Origin: Candidatus Micrarchaeota archaeon
Lineage (GTDB): Archaea > Micrarchaeota > Micrarchaeia > Anstonellales > Bilamarchaeaceae
Direction of reading: 5' to 3'
DNA: 64,000 nucleotides
NCBI GenBank assembly: GCA_018812715.1
Contig: JAHJCT010000030.1
Location: 23,318 to 87,317 of the forward strand
A model generated the notes under the pieces. It had not been told where the DNA came from. It was given only the letters and a program-made list of their open reading frames with translations, and searched no databases. A program made the position numbers and the translations under genes. How positions within the stretch are numbered: position 1 is the stretch's first letter; the number at the start of each line of letters is the position of its first letter. Positions 19,185-27,777 of the stretch are shown here, in pieces.

Positions 19185-19681
19185 TTATTGCAATTTCAGG
19201 TCTTACTGGAAGTGGAAAAAATACGCTTGGTGAATTAATTGCAGAAGAATTGAATTACAAACTTGTTTGTCCTACATTCAAAGATCTTGCTAAAAAAGAG
19301 GGCGTCCCATTGATGGAATTTCAAAAAATGGCTGAAAAAGATCCGAACATAGACAAGAAATTTGATGAACTTCTCAAAGAACAGGCAAAAGGAAATTGTG
19401 TTGTGACAACCTGGCTTGGTCCTTGGATGGTTGACGCCAATTTGAAAATTAAACTTACAGCTTCAATTGAAACAAGAGCAAAGAGAATTGCTGAGAGAGA
19501 TGGAATGGATCTCAAAGATGCGATTAAACATGTTAAAGAAAGAGACGAACGCAATAGAAAAAGATACATGAAATTATATAATATTGATATTTATGATGAG
19601 AGCATCTATGACATGGTGCTCGATAGTGACAGATACAACCCAGAAGAACTTCTTAAGATAGTGGTTGAGAAAATTTGCTAA
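19181..19681 (+). CDS. cmk: Cytidylate kinase (archaeal type)
   Basis: MIIAISGLTGSGKNT P-loop at ATG 19181 (ATGA overlap with the upstream stop); rest resembles archaeal CMP kinase. Confidence 0.85.
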   Translation: MIIAISGLTGSGKNTLGELIAEELNYKLVCPTFKDLAKKEGVPLMEFQKMAEKDPNIDKKFDELLKEQAKGNCVVTTWLGPWMVDANLKIKLTASIETRAKRIAERDGMDLKDAIKHVKERDERNRKRYMKLYNIDIYDESIYDMVLDSDRYNPEELLKIVVEKIC

Positions 19682-19688
19682 AGATAGA

Positions 19689-20300
19689 TTACCATCTATG
19701 GTCGGGGAAACACTCTCTCAAGATTTTTACATCTAAAATGCTGAAACTGCTGGCTTCATATTGTTTTACAAGAGTTTCTTGGTGTGTCAGTATGTAATTT
19801 TCTATTTTAGTTATATCGCCAAGAACACCATTAAATAGTTCACGATATTTGATTCTAAATCCGTTGTAAAGCGAGCCATCAAGGTTGTCCAGGATCTTTC
19901 TTGAAATGTGTTTTGCCAATGTTTCTGCATAGAGTTTCATTAACGTCCTTGCATTGTCCGCATTACTATCTATCCAAGTGTCTACAGTGAAAACATAGCT
20001 TGACCAATCCGAAGTTTTTTGCCATTCCGGAACATCCTCTAATTTGCATGCGTTTGGTTTTGACATTTTTACTCTAAGAGTTACCACTACTGCACATTCA
20101 TTGTCAGCATCGCGATCATTTAGATGGTTTTCTGGGTCTCTTGACCGAGTTTTAAGTACTACTGAAATGCCTGTATCCTTCAGCCCTATACATTTAACTT
20201 CCTTCTCGACAAATCTGAGCAAATTACTTTTCAATGTAGGCGCTCTAGTTGTTGGTTTTGGTTGCACTGCTCCATCTGCCCCAGTTCTTTTTGTTAACAT
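19689..20300 (-). CDS. Hypothetical protein (203 aa)
   Basis: ORF only; inserted on the opposite strand between cmk and cbf5. Confidence 0.45.
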   Translation of the reverse strand: MLTKRTGADGAVQPKPTTRAPTLKSNLLRFVEKEVKCIGLKDTGISVVLKTRSRDPENHLNDRDADNECAVVVTLRVKMSKPNACKLEDVPEWQKTSDWSSYVFTVDTWIDSNADNARTLMKLYAETLAKHISRKILDNLDGSLYNGFRIKYRELFNGVLGDITKIENYILTHQETLVKQYEASSFSILDVKILRECFPDHRW

Positions 20301-20378
20301 ATTATTACAAGTAGTACAACGTTATTTTAAATGTTAACATAATAAACTAGCTGGTAAGTCTAATTAAATATAAATAAT

Positions 20379-21218
20379 ATGGGGAATGGCATGGACAAGA
20401 TTATAATTATTGACAAACCACCTGGAATAACCAGTCATGAGATAACCACTTCTGTGAAGAAAATAATGAAAGTGAATAGAGCAGGTCATGCGGGAACACT
20501 TGATCCAAATGTTTCAGGAGTGTTGCCAGTAGCCCTTGGAAAAGCAACAAAGCTCTTACGATATATTGCTGGAAAAGATAAAACATATGTAGGCATAATT
20601 AAATTCAAAAAAATAATTGAAACAGAGGAAATAGAGAAATTGTTTTTAGAGTTCACAGGAGAGATAACTCAAACGCCTCCAAAAATAAGTGCTGTAAGAA
20701 AAGTTCCAAGAAAACGCCGCATTTATTACATTAAATTACTTGAGAAGCAAGATCGACTTGCTTTGTTTGAAACCAAAGTAGATGCAGGGACATATATACG
20801 AACACTATGTGAAGATATTGGAAAGAAATGTGGCGGAGCGCGTATGGAAGAGTTGCGTAGGATAGCTGTTGGTAGTATTAGTGAAAAAGAATCAGTTACA
20901 ATGCAGGAATTAGTTGATGCAGTTTGGTTCAAGAATAAAGATCCAAGTATGTTAGAGGGCATGTTAACAAAACCAGAAACACTGATAGATTTACCTAAAG
21001 TTTTTATCAAAGAAAGTTCCTTGAAATCTATCTTTTCTGGGGCACAAATTATGGCTCCTGCAATTGAAAAAGTAGATGATGTAGAAAAAGGTGAAAGAGT
21101 AGCCATATATTGTCAAGAACTGTTCATCGGGATTGGTATTGCAGAGATTGCAAGTAAGGAGATTTCTGAGAAAAAGAAGGGATTAATAGTAAAACTTGAG
21201 AGAATACAAAAATTATAA
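20379..21218 (+). CDS. cbf5: tRNA/rRNA pseudouridine synthase TruB/Cbf5 with PUA domain
   Basis: IIIDKPPGITSHE and AGHAGTLDPNVSGVLPVALGKATK catalytic-Asp motif; C-terminal PUA-like GERVAIY...IGIGIAE. Confidence 0.88.
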   Translation: MGNGMDKIIIIDKPPGITSHEITTSVKKIMKVNRAGHAGTLDPNVSGVLPVALGKATKLLRYIAGKDKTYVGIIKFKKIIETEEIEKLFLEFTGEITQTPPKISAVRKVPRKRRIYYIKLLEKQDRLALFETKVDAGTYIRTLCEDIGKKCGGARMEELRRIAVGSISEKESVTMQELVDAVWFKNKDPSMLEGMLTKPETLIDLPKVFIKESSLKSIFSGAQIMAPAIEKVDDVEKGERVAIYCQELFIGIGIAEIASKEISEKKKGLIVKLERIQKL

Positions 21219-21241
21219 AACCACACTGGAATAATCATTAC

Positions 21242-21574
21242 ATGGAAGAAATTGGCCAGTCTGAAGAAAAGGTAATCAATTTATATCCAAAAAGGCTTGA
21301 AAAAGAGCTAATCCTCAGAGATGAACTTGCGATAGAAAGAACAAGACTTGCACAAGAAAGAACCCATCTAGCATACATAAGGACAGGAATCAGTTTGTTA
21401 TTAGGGGGCGTGTTTTTCGTAGGTTACTTCCAAGAAGGCTCACCATTTTTATATATAGGTTATGCTGCCATTGTTGTTGCATGCTTATTTGGGATATATG
21501 GATTTTATCACCATAAGAAAACAAAACGATTTGTTGATACAATAGTTAATGAGCTTCTTATTGGAGGAGATTAA
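21242..21574 (+). CDS. DUF202 (YidH-like) membrane protein
   Basis: LAIERTRLAQERTHLAYIRTGISL signature followed by TM helices. Confidence 0.7.
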   Translation: MEEIGQSEEKVINLYPKRLEKELILRDELAIERTRLAQERTHLAYIRTGISLLLGGVFFVGYFQEGSPFLYIGYAAIVVACLFGIYGFYHHKKTKRFVDTIVNELLIGGD

Positions 21575-22677
21575 ATTTCAATGAGTTCACAAAGCTCAAT
21601 GCTTTTTTCTACTAATTCATCAATGTTCAGTTGTTCTTCAAGTTTTTTAGCAGCATCAAGTGTGACATTTGTTGTAGGGCGACTTGCTACCAGAGAACAA
21701 CAATCTTGATATCTCTCTATAGAAAGATCATATGTGTCAATTTTAATTGCCAAATCAATGATTTCAGACTTATTAAAGCCTATAAGAGGACGAAAAACAG
21801 GAAGTTTGGATGCTTGGGTGGTGGTCATAAGATTGTCTAAGGTTTGCGAAGCTACTTGGCCCACACTATCTCCAGTAACAAATGCTTTGTACTTGCGTTT
21901 TGCAAGTTTGTTTGCCAATTTTATAATAAATCTTCTGAAAACTACTAATTCATTTTGTGAACCTAAAGTCAGGGTTTTTTTATAAAATTCTGTGTATGGA
22001 ATCAAAAAAAGCCGCATGGGTCGTGGGGAATATTCACGAAGTTTTTTTACAATCTTGATCATTTTGGAGTTTTTTGGATCTGTGCTGTGAACATGAAGAA
22101 AATCAACAGTACATCCTCTTTTCATCATAAGCCATGAGGCAACAGGAGAATCAATACCGCCAGAAAGAAGTGATAGAACCTTGCCGCTGGTACCAACAGG
22201 AAGTCCGCCAAGACCCTTGACTTTTTCAAAAGAAACCAAAGCAGAATCTTCAAGAAGATCTACAAAGACAGTTGCTTCTGGATTTTTGAGATTAACAGTA
22301 CATCCAGCATCCACAAGAGCTTTTCCAAGAACCTCATTCACTTGTTGTGAAGTCATTGGAAATTTTTTATTAGATCTTCGTGTATCCACTTTTATTGACT
22401 TGTTGGTTAATCCAGACTTAAGAACTTCTTGTTTTATTGCCTCAAGATCTAAAGCAACTGGATTGCTGAAAGAGATGGTATCTAGGCCAAAGATTTTCTG
22501 GAGTCTATCTTTAACAGTTTCTTTATCCATATCTGTAGAGATCAAAAAGCGGCTTGTTCCACTTTTTGTAATCTGCGCAGTTAAGACTGCAGCCATATTT
22601 CTCTTTAAAGCACTCTCGAAGAATTTCCGGTTTTTGCCTTTCAGAGTAATTTCTGAAGAAGTAACACTAACAAGCAT
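21571..22677 (-). CDS. thiI: tRNA 4-thiouridine synthase ThiI
   Basis: THUMP-like N-terminal half; PP-loop LSGGIDSPVA; DSVGQVASQT motif. Confidence 0.88.
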   Translation of the reverse strand: MLVSVTSSEITLKGKNRKFFESALKRNMAAVLTAQITKSGTSRFLISTDMDKETVKDRLQKIFGLDTISFSNPVALDLEAIKQEVLKSGLTNKSIKVDTRRSNKKFPMTSQQVNEVLGKALVDAGCTVNLKNPEATVFVDLLEDSALVSFEKVKGLGGLPVGTSGKVLSLLSGGIDSPVASWLMMKRGCTVDFLHVHSTDPKNSKMIKIVKKLREYSPRPMRLFLIPYTEFYKKTLTLGSQNELVVFRRFIIKLANKLAKRKYKAFVTGDSVGQVASQTLDNLMTTTQASKLPVFRPLIGFNKSEIIDLAIKIDTYDLSIERYQDCCSLVASRPTTNVTLDAAKKLEEQLNIDELVEKSIELCELIEI

Positions 22678-22703
22678 TTAAGCACCAAAGAAATAAATAA
22701 AGT

Positions 22704-23333
22704 TTATTCGCATACTTCAACTTCAACGAGCTTAGTTGTTGTGACATTTGTGCATTCAGTCTCAATTCGGGTCTCTTGATGGCAATCATCAACAATTGGT
22801 GCACTTGTTACAGGCAGATCACATGATGCTGCCTGGATTGGACTTCCTACAACATATATTTGATAGAAATCAAAATTGAATGACTCATTAGGAGCTATGG
22901 TTTTAGTTATTGGTTCTTTTATGAAGCCAGACTGATCAACAGAAAAGGTTGCACTAACCGTCCATGTACCAGAGTATTCTTCATCTTCATTTGTCACAAC
23001 TAGGATGCATCTGGACATTGCTTTAGAACAAGTTGGACAGCTAGCTAAAGGTTGACCAACACATGGTCCATCTTGTATACAAAGATGAGTTTTTGGTAAA
23101 AGAATAGCGCTATATTCTAATTGTTTCTTTCCGCAGATTTCATCTGTATAAGAGAAATTCTCGCAAACTTCTTCTGTTGCTGGAACTTCTTCGGTAAATG
23201 TTGTACACGTTACAACGGGCGGTTCCACCGGGGTTTCATTTTCAAGAGGAGGAATAATAGGAGGTTCAATACAACCTGCCATAAATATTGCCAGAACCAG
23301 CCCAAATAATATGAAATATCTCAAATAAGTCAC
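22704..23333 (-). CDS. Cysteine-rich secreted protein / putative lipoprotein
   Basis: Signal-like N-terminus ending in a lipobox-like FMAGC; many Cys residues; no family recognised. Confidence 0.5.
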   Translation of the reverse strand: MTYLRYFILFGLVLAIFMAGCIEPPIIPPLENETPVEPPVVTCTTFTEEVPATEEVCENFSYTDEICGKKQLEYSAILLPKTHLCIQDGPCVGQPLASCPTCSKAMSRCILVVTNEDEEYSGTWTVSATFSVDQSGFIKEPITKTIAPNESFNFDFYQIYVVGSPIQAASCDLPVTSAPIVDDCHQETRIETECTNVTTTKLVEVEVCE

Positions 23334-23444
23334 CTTGCAGTAACTAATATTGATATATTTATATTAGTTTCTAGAAGGTGGATCCTAAGTAAAAGTTTCA
23401 GAACGAGAACAAGTTTTTGTTCACTTTTCCCATAAAAAGTTGAA

Positions 23445-23618
23445 CGCCGAGAGGGAGATTTGAACTCCCAATCCCAGAGGGACACGCTTACGCCTTTTAG
23501 TAAAAGGCGTCCCAAAACTGGGAGTCGTTCTACTAAAATTTCCAGGCGTGCGCACTACCGGATTTCACACCTTGTGTGACAATCTTGAACATCGTTCAAG
23601 GTTTTATGCGATCTCGGC
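23445..23618 (-). tRNA. tRNA-Ser(GGA) with two introns (about 40 nt in the D-loop, about 51 nt at 37/38)
   Basis: Minus strand: acceptor GCCGAGA/TCTCGGC, discriminator G. 3-bp D-stem GCA/TGC, anticodon stem CACGC/GCGTG with loop CTGGAAA. Long variable arm TCCCTCTGGGATT, T-arm GGGAG-TTCAAAT-CTCCC. Confidence 0.7.
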
Positions 23619-23735
23619 ATGAAATGCTGAGAAACATGAAAAATCATTTCATGTAAATCTCGGCATATGTAGGATAAACCTAAGTCCACCTAGGTTTTTA
23701 AGACTTATCAGTAAACTAATTGCGGGGAGGTCACA

Positions 23736-24962
23736 ATGTCTCTTAAAGAAACGGATAGCTTAGTCTATGGACTCGTGGAAAAGGAATTAGAATATCAGAA
23801 GAAAACACTCAGGTTAATAGCATCTGAGAACTATGCCAGCAAAGCGGTTATGGAAGCAACAGGCTCGATTTTGACAAATAAATATGCTGAAGGCTACCCT
23901 AACAAAAGATATTATGCTGGAAATAGGTATGTAGATGAAATAGAATTGCTGGCTATCGAGAGGGCTAAAAAGCTCTTCAAAGTAGGCCATGCAAATGTGC
24001 AGCCTCATTCTGGCTCATCTGCAAATATAGCTGCTTTTTTCGCCTTTCTAGAGGTAGGAGACAAATTTATGGGGCTTGATCTTCCGCATGGGGGGCATCT
24101 CACGCATGGTTCATCAGTAAACTTCTCTGGTAAATGGTTCAATGCCACTTCGTATAGTGTAAGTAAAGAAACAGAAGCATTGGATTATGATGAGATAAGA
24201 AAAAAAGCAATTGAAGAAAAGCCAAAACTCATAATATGTGGATATACTGCATACCCACTGATAATTGATTTCAAAGCATTCAGAGAAATATGTGATGAAG
24301 TTGGCGCAGTGATGATGGCAGACATAAGTCATATTGCAGGTTTGATAGCTGGAGGGGCATATCCTTCTCCTGCAATGGCAGATGTAATAACAACAACTAC
24401 CCACAAGACATTGCGAGGACCAAGAGGTGCAATGATATTAGGACCTGAAGAAAATGCTAAAAGAATAGATAAAGCTGTTTTTCCAGGAACGCAAGGAGGG
24501 CCTTTGGAAAATGTGATATGCGCTAAAGCAGTATGTTTTCATGAAGCAATGCAACCAGAATTCAAAGGATATGCAGCACAAATAGTAAAAAATGCAAAAG
24601 TGCTTGCAGATGAGCTTGTTGCAAGTGGTTTGCGTCTTGTTGCAGGAAAAACAGAAACCCATCTTGTACTTTTGGATCTTACACCAAAAGGCATAACTGG
24701 AAAAGATGCACAAATGGCATTGGAAGAAGCAGGAATAATTACTAACAGAAATACAATACCGTTTGATACTAGAAGCCCGTTTATAACAAGTGGATTAAGA
24801 ATAGGAACAGCAGCAACCACAACAAGAGGAATGAAAGAAAGTGAGATGAAAGAGATAGCATCAATGATAGTAAAAGTCATAGAAAATCCAAATGACAGCG
24901 AATTAAAATTAAAGACAAGAAGCAATGTAGAAGAACTTTGCAAAAGATTTCAGGTATATTAA
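23736..24962 (+). CDS. glyA: Serine hydroxymethyltransferase
   Basis: [20 protein letters not shown] and [13 protein letters not shown] (PLP-lysine) motifs. Confidence 0.95.
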   Translation: MSLKETDSLVYGLVEKELEYQKKTLRLIASENYASKAVMEATGSILTNKYAEGYPNKRYYAGNRYVDEIELLAIERAKKLFKVGHANVQPHSGSSANIAAFFAFLEVGDKFMGLDLPHGGHLTHGSSVNFSGKWFNATSYSVSKETEALDYDEIRKKAIEEKPKLIICGYTAYPLIIDFKAFREICDEVGAVMMADISHIAGLIAGGAYPSPAMADVITTTTHKTLRGPRGAMILGPEENAKRIDKAVFPGTQGGPLENVICAKAVCFHEAMQPEFKGYAAQIVKNAKVLADELVASGLRLVAGKTETHLVLLDLTPKGITGKDAQMALEEAGIITNRNTIPFDTRSPFITSGLRIGTAATTTRGMKESEMKEIASMIVKVIENPNDSELKLKTRSNVEELCKRFQVY

Positions 24963-25012
24963 AGAAAAAAAGATACGGGAATAAAAAAATAAGAAGACTT
25001 TATTGAAAAAGA

Positions 25013-25108
25013 TTACCTCTTCCTCTTTTTCTTTGAAGATTTCTTTTTCGCAGAAGCCTTCTTCTTTCCCTTTACCTTTTTCTTTGTTCCCTTTCTTTTT
25101 ACGGGCAT
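25013..25108 (-). CDS. Possible 31-aa lysine-rich micro-protein
   Basis: Manual translation: MPVKRKGTKKKVKGKKKASAKKKSSKKKRKR. ORF only, no SD checked; could be chance in an A-rich spacer. Confidence 0.2.
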   Translation of the reverse strand: MPVKRKGTKKKVKGKKKASAKKKSSKKKRKR

Positions 25109-25246
25109 TTTTTCATACACCTCAATATTTTTTATATTTGGAGATACAAAAAGAACACTTATAAATGTATGTGTCATTTTGTTAAAAAAATGTACAATAA
25201 AATCAAAATTAAAAAATTTTTTGGAAAAATGTAAACTTTGAAAAAA

Positions 25247-25747
25247 TTATTTTTTAAATAATTTTTCTGCAGAACAACCAAGTTCTCTTTGCTTGCAATA
25301 TTTGCAAGCTAAGGAACCGCGAACAAAACCATTGCCAACAGAAGTCAAGAGAATCAACAAAATGATCGAGGATAAAATCAAAAAATTAAAGTTGAATATC
25401 AAAAGTGCAAGCCCTATCAACAATGGAATTATGGAAACTAGAAAATCTGGGAGAATGTCTTTCCAGGTTATTTTATCTTGAGCAAAAGTTTTTGCACTCC
25501 CTTTTCTGAAAAGTATCGCACAAAGTTTTCCCTTACCAAAAGCACATAACTTTCCATAATAATAACAGTTAGTGCAGCTTTTTTTCATTAATCTAACTTC
25601 TAACAACACGATGTAGACTAAATATATGGCTAACCAAATAAGCCCTAGTTGATAGAGTATATATCCTCCAATTGCATATATTGCAATTGAAACAAGATTG
25701 GAGAGGAAAACTATCCACAGGGGATATTGTTCATAGCATTTTGCCAT
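25247..25747 (-). CDS. Hypothetical multi-pass membrane protein with CxxC motifs
   Basis: 4 predicted TM helices plus CTNCYYYGKLC and CKYCKQRELGC. Confidence 0.5.
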   Translation of the reverse strand: MAKCYEQYPLWIVFLSNLVSIAIYAIGGYILYQLGLIWLAIYLVYIVLLEVRLMKKSCTNCYYYGKLCAFGKGKLCAILFRKGSAKTFAQDKITWKDILPDFLVSIIPLLIGLALLIFNFNFLILSSIILLILLTSVGNGFVRGSLACKYCKQRELGCSAEKLFKK

Positions 25748-25829
25748 ATTTAGATACTTGAGCTAATTAATTTAATAATTGCAGTCCACTGAAAGTCGTA
25801 CTTTCATGGCTCTTTGAACATTGTTCAAA

Positions 25830-26018
25830 TGCGGCTGCCGGGATTGACAGCTTTGCTGGCACGATAGGGAACAGTGTTCCCTACGCCCATTGAAAGGAGA
25901 TGTCCTTTCAATAGGGAATTTTGAAAAGCGCCAGTTTTTCAAAGCTTTTGAACCCGGGTCGCGAGCTTGGGAAGCTCGAATCCTACCATTGTCCAGAAAA
26001 TTACTAGACTACAGCCGC
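25830..26018 (-). tRNA. tRNA-Gly(CCC) with two non-canonical introns (15 nt in the D-loop, about 103 nt in the T-loop)
   Basis: Minus strand: acceptor GCGGCTG/CAGCCGC plus A73. D-arm GTCT..ATGGTA..GGAT. Anticodon arm CGAGC-TTCCCAA-GCTCG. T-arm CCGGG-TTCAAA[intron]T-CCCGG. Exons assemble to a canonical 71-nt tRNA. Confidence 0.8.
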
Positions 26019-26070
26019 TTCATAAAAGAATTCATGAATGCTTTTTAAATTTTGACTAATTGTATCTTGC

Positions 26071-27147
26071 ATGAATTTTGGTATAACCTTACCGTATATG
26101 GATGAATTATTTTCACTTCCGGGCGGACAGATTGTTTCTTTTATAGCATTACTTATATTACTAACACTGATTTTCGATGTTGCTTTGCTAATCATATTCA
26201 AAGTTATCAGATTTATGGTTAAAAAAACAAAAACAACGCTTGATGACAGAATAGTAAAAACAATCAAAGCATATCTCCCAATAATAGCATTTGTTACCGC
26301 ATTGTGGATATCACTTGAAACAGTATATGCAGATATGATTGTTTTTGGACAATACAGCGAATTCGACCTTTATGTGGTTATAATGCTTGCATTAGGTGCA
26401 ATTATACTCAGTTCTGTAATTGATGTACTGATAATTTGGTACGGTATTGAGATAAGACCAACTAAAAAAGGAATCAAGGAAAAAGAGGTTTATCCTTTTG
26501 TACGTGCTGTAATCAAATTAACGATTATTCTATTATTCTTAGTATTTATACTGCAAAAGCTTGGTTTTGATACAACTGCTCTGATAACAGGTTTAGGTAT
26601 AGGAGGCCTTGCAGTAGCACTTGCTCTTCAGGATACATTGGCCAATTTCTTTGCAGGTATCCATATTTACATGGACAGACCATTCAAACAAGATGATTAT
26701 GTAAAACTTGAAACAGGTATTGAAGGAACAGTAAGAGAGATAGGATGGAGGACTACAAGGTTAATGACACCCACGAAAAATGAGATAGTTGTCCCAAATT
26801 CCAAAATGGCAGGCTCGATATTGGAGAATTATTCGTCAACACCAGAGCTTGGAGTATCTTATACTCTTGGTGTTTCTCATCATGAGGATGTGAATAAAGT
26901 TGAAAAATTAATAGAAAAAGCCCTTCACAAAGTTGCAAAACAAAGTGAATTTTTTGTGGAAGACAAAATATGGGTGAGGTTTGACTCTTTTGGTGAATAT
27001 GCACTTAATTTCAAATTTGGATACCAGGTAATTGGAGAGAAGAACAGGTGGCAGATTTTAAAAGAAGTAAATAAAGAGATTTTCTACCAGTTCAAGAAAA
27101 ATAAAATTAGTATGCCACTCCCTGCAAGAGTGGTATACCAAAAGTAA
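26071..27147 (+). CDS. Mechanosensitive ion channel, MscS family
   Basis: TM helices followed by GLGIGGLAVALALQDTLANFFAG and a beta-domain (GTVREIGWRTTRL). Confidence 0.85.
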   Translation: MNFGITLPYMDELFSLPGGQIVSFIALLILLTLIFDVALLIIFKVIRFMVKKTKTTLDDRIVKTIKAYLPIIAFVTALWISLETVYADMIVFGQYSEFDLYVVIMLALGAIILSSVIDVLIIWYGIEIRPTKKGIKEKEVYPFVRAVIKLTIILLFLVFILQKLGFDTTALITGLGIGGLAVALALQDTLANFFAGIHIYMDRPFKQDDYVKLETGIEGTVREIGWRTTRLMTPTKNEIVVPNSKMAGSILENYSSTPELGVSYTLGVSHHEDVNKVEKLIEKALHKVAKQSEFFVEDKIWVRFDSFGEYALNFKFGYQVIGEKNRWQILKEVNKEIFYQFKKNKISMPLPARVVYQK

Positions 27148-27600
27148 TTACTCTTCCTGCCCTCTTTTTTGGAAGAGTTTTAGCATTTTACTTTTGACAG
27201 TTACTGGTATTGGAACGGCAACTTCAACTAATTCAACAGTAATTTCATCTTTTGCTTCATCTATTTTCAATACCTTAGCACGTTCTCCTTTGAATGGGCC
27301 TGAAGACATTTCGACTGTATCGCCGGTTTCTATAGTTAAAGCTGGTTGCGTTTCTGCCTGTAAAAGATTTTTTATTTCAGATACCTCAATCGATTTTCTA
27401 AGGAAACCTTTGACATGCTTAACCTTTTGGATAAGTTTTACAAGGCTGTTTTCATCAAGTGTTTCAACGAAAAGATATCCTTTAACATTTTCAGCATGAA
27501 CTATGGAATAGATTGGAAGTTGTTCTGCTTTTGCCTTTTTCATTAATATTTCAGCAATGATTTTTTCCTGACCTGAAGTTACTCTTATAGTATGTATCAT
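27148..27600 (-). CDS. spt5: Transcription elongation factor Spt5 (NusG)
   Basis: NGN domain (IRVTSGQEK) and KOW motif GDTVEMSSGPFKGERAKVLKID; downstream of secE. Confidence 0.88.
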   Translation of the reverse strand: MIHTIRVTSGQEKIIAEILMKKAKAEQLPIYSIVHAENVKGYLFVETLDENSLVKLIQKVKHVKGFLRKSIEVSEIKNLLQAETQPALTIETGDTVEMSSGPFKGERAKVLKIDEAKDEITVELVEVAVPIPVTVKSKMLKLFQKRGQEE

Positions 27601-27604
27601 TATT

Positions 27605-27769
27605 TCACCCTATAACCCCGAAAATTATGGTAATAACAAATCCTATAAAACCGAATAAAAGCATGCCCAAGGCAGTTACCCTGGCCACTTTAGTATATTC
27701 TTCATTTGTTGGTTTTCTTGAGATGTGAAGAATCCGAATACATCTTTTTATCAATTCATTAATTTCCAA
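27605..27769 (-). CDS. secE: Protein translocase subunit SecE / Sec61-gamma
   Basis: Not in the ORF track (54 aa, TTG start). Manual translation: (M)EINELIKRCIRILHISRKPTNEEYTKVARVTALGMLLFGFIGFVITIIFGVIG. Classic ftsZ-secE-spt5 position. Confidence 0.8.
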   Translation of the reverse strand: MEINELIKRCIRILHISRKPTNEEYTKVARVTALGMLLFGFIGFVITIIFGVIG

Positions 27770-27777
27770 AATATCAC

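Noticed and set aside
15369-20300. An integrated virus or plasmid explaining the orphan genes
   Set aside because: No integrase, capsid, terminase or att-like direct repeats are visible, and housekeeping genes (DUF106, cmk) are interspersed.
23330-23515. 61-aa ORF overlapping the tRNA-Ser locus (likewise the 87-aa ORF 26004..26267 overlapping tRNA-Gly and the mscS 5' end)
   Set aside because: The tRNA structures explain these GC-richer sequences better. The ORFs have no motifs and overlap better-supported features.
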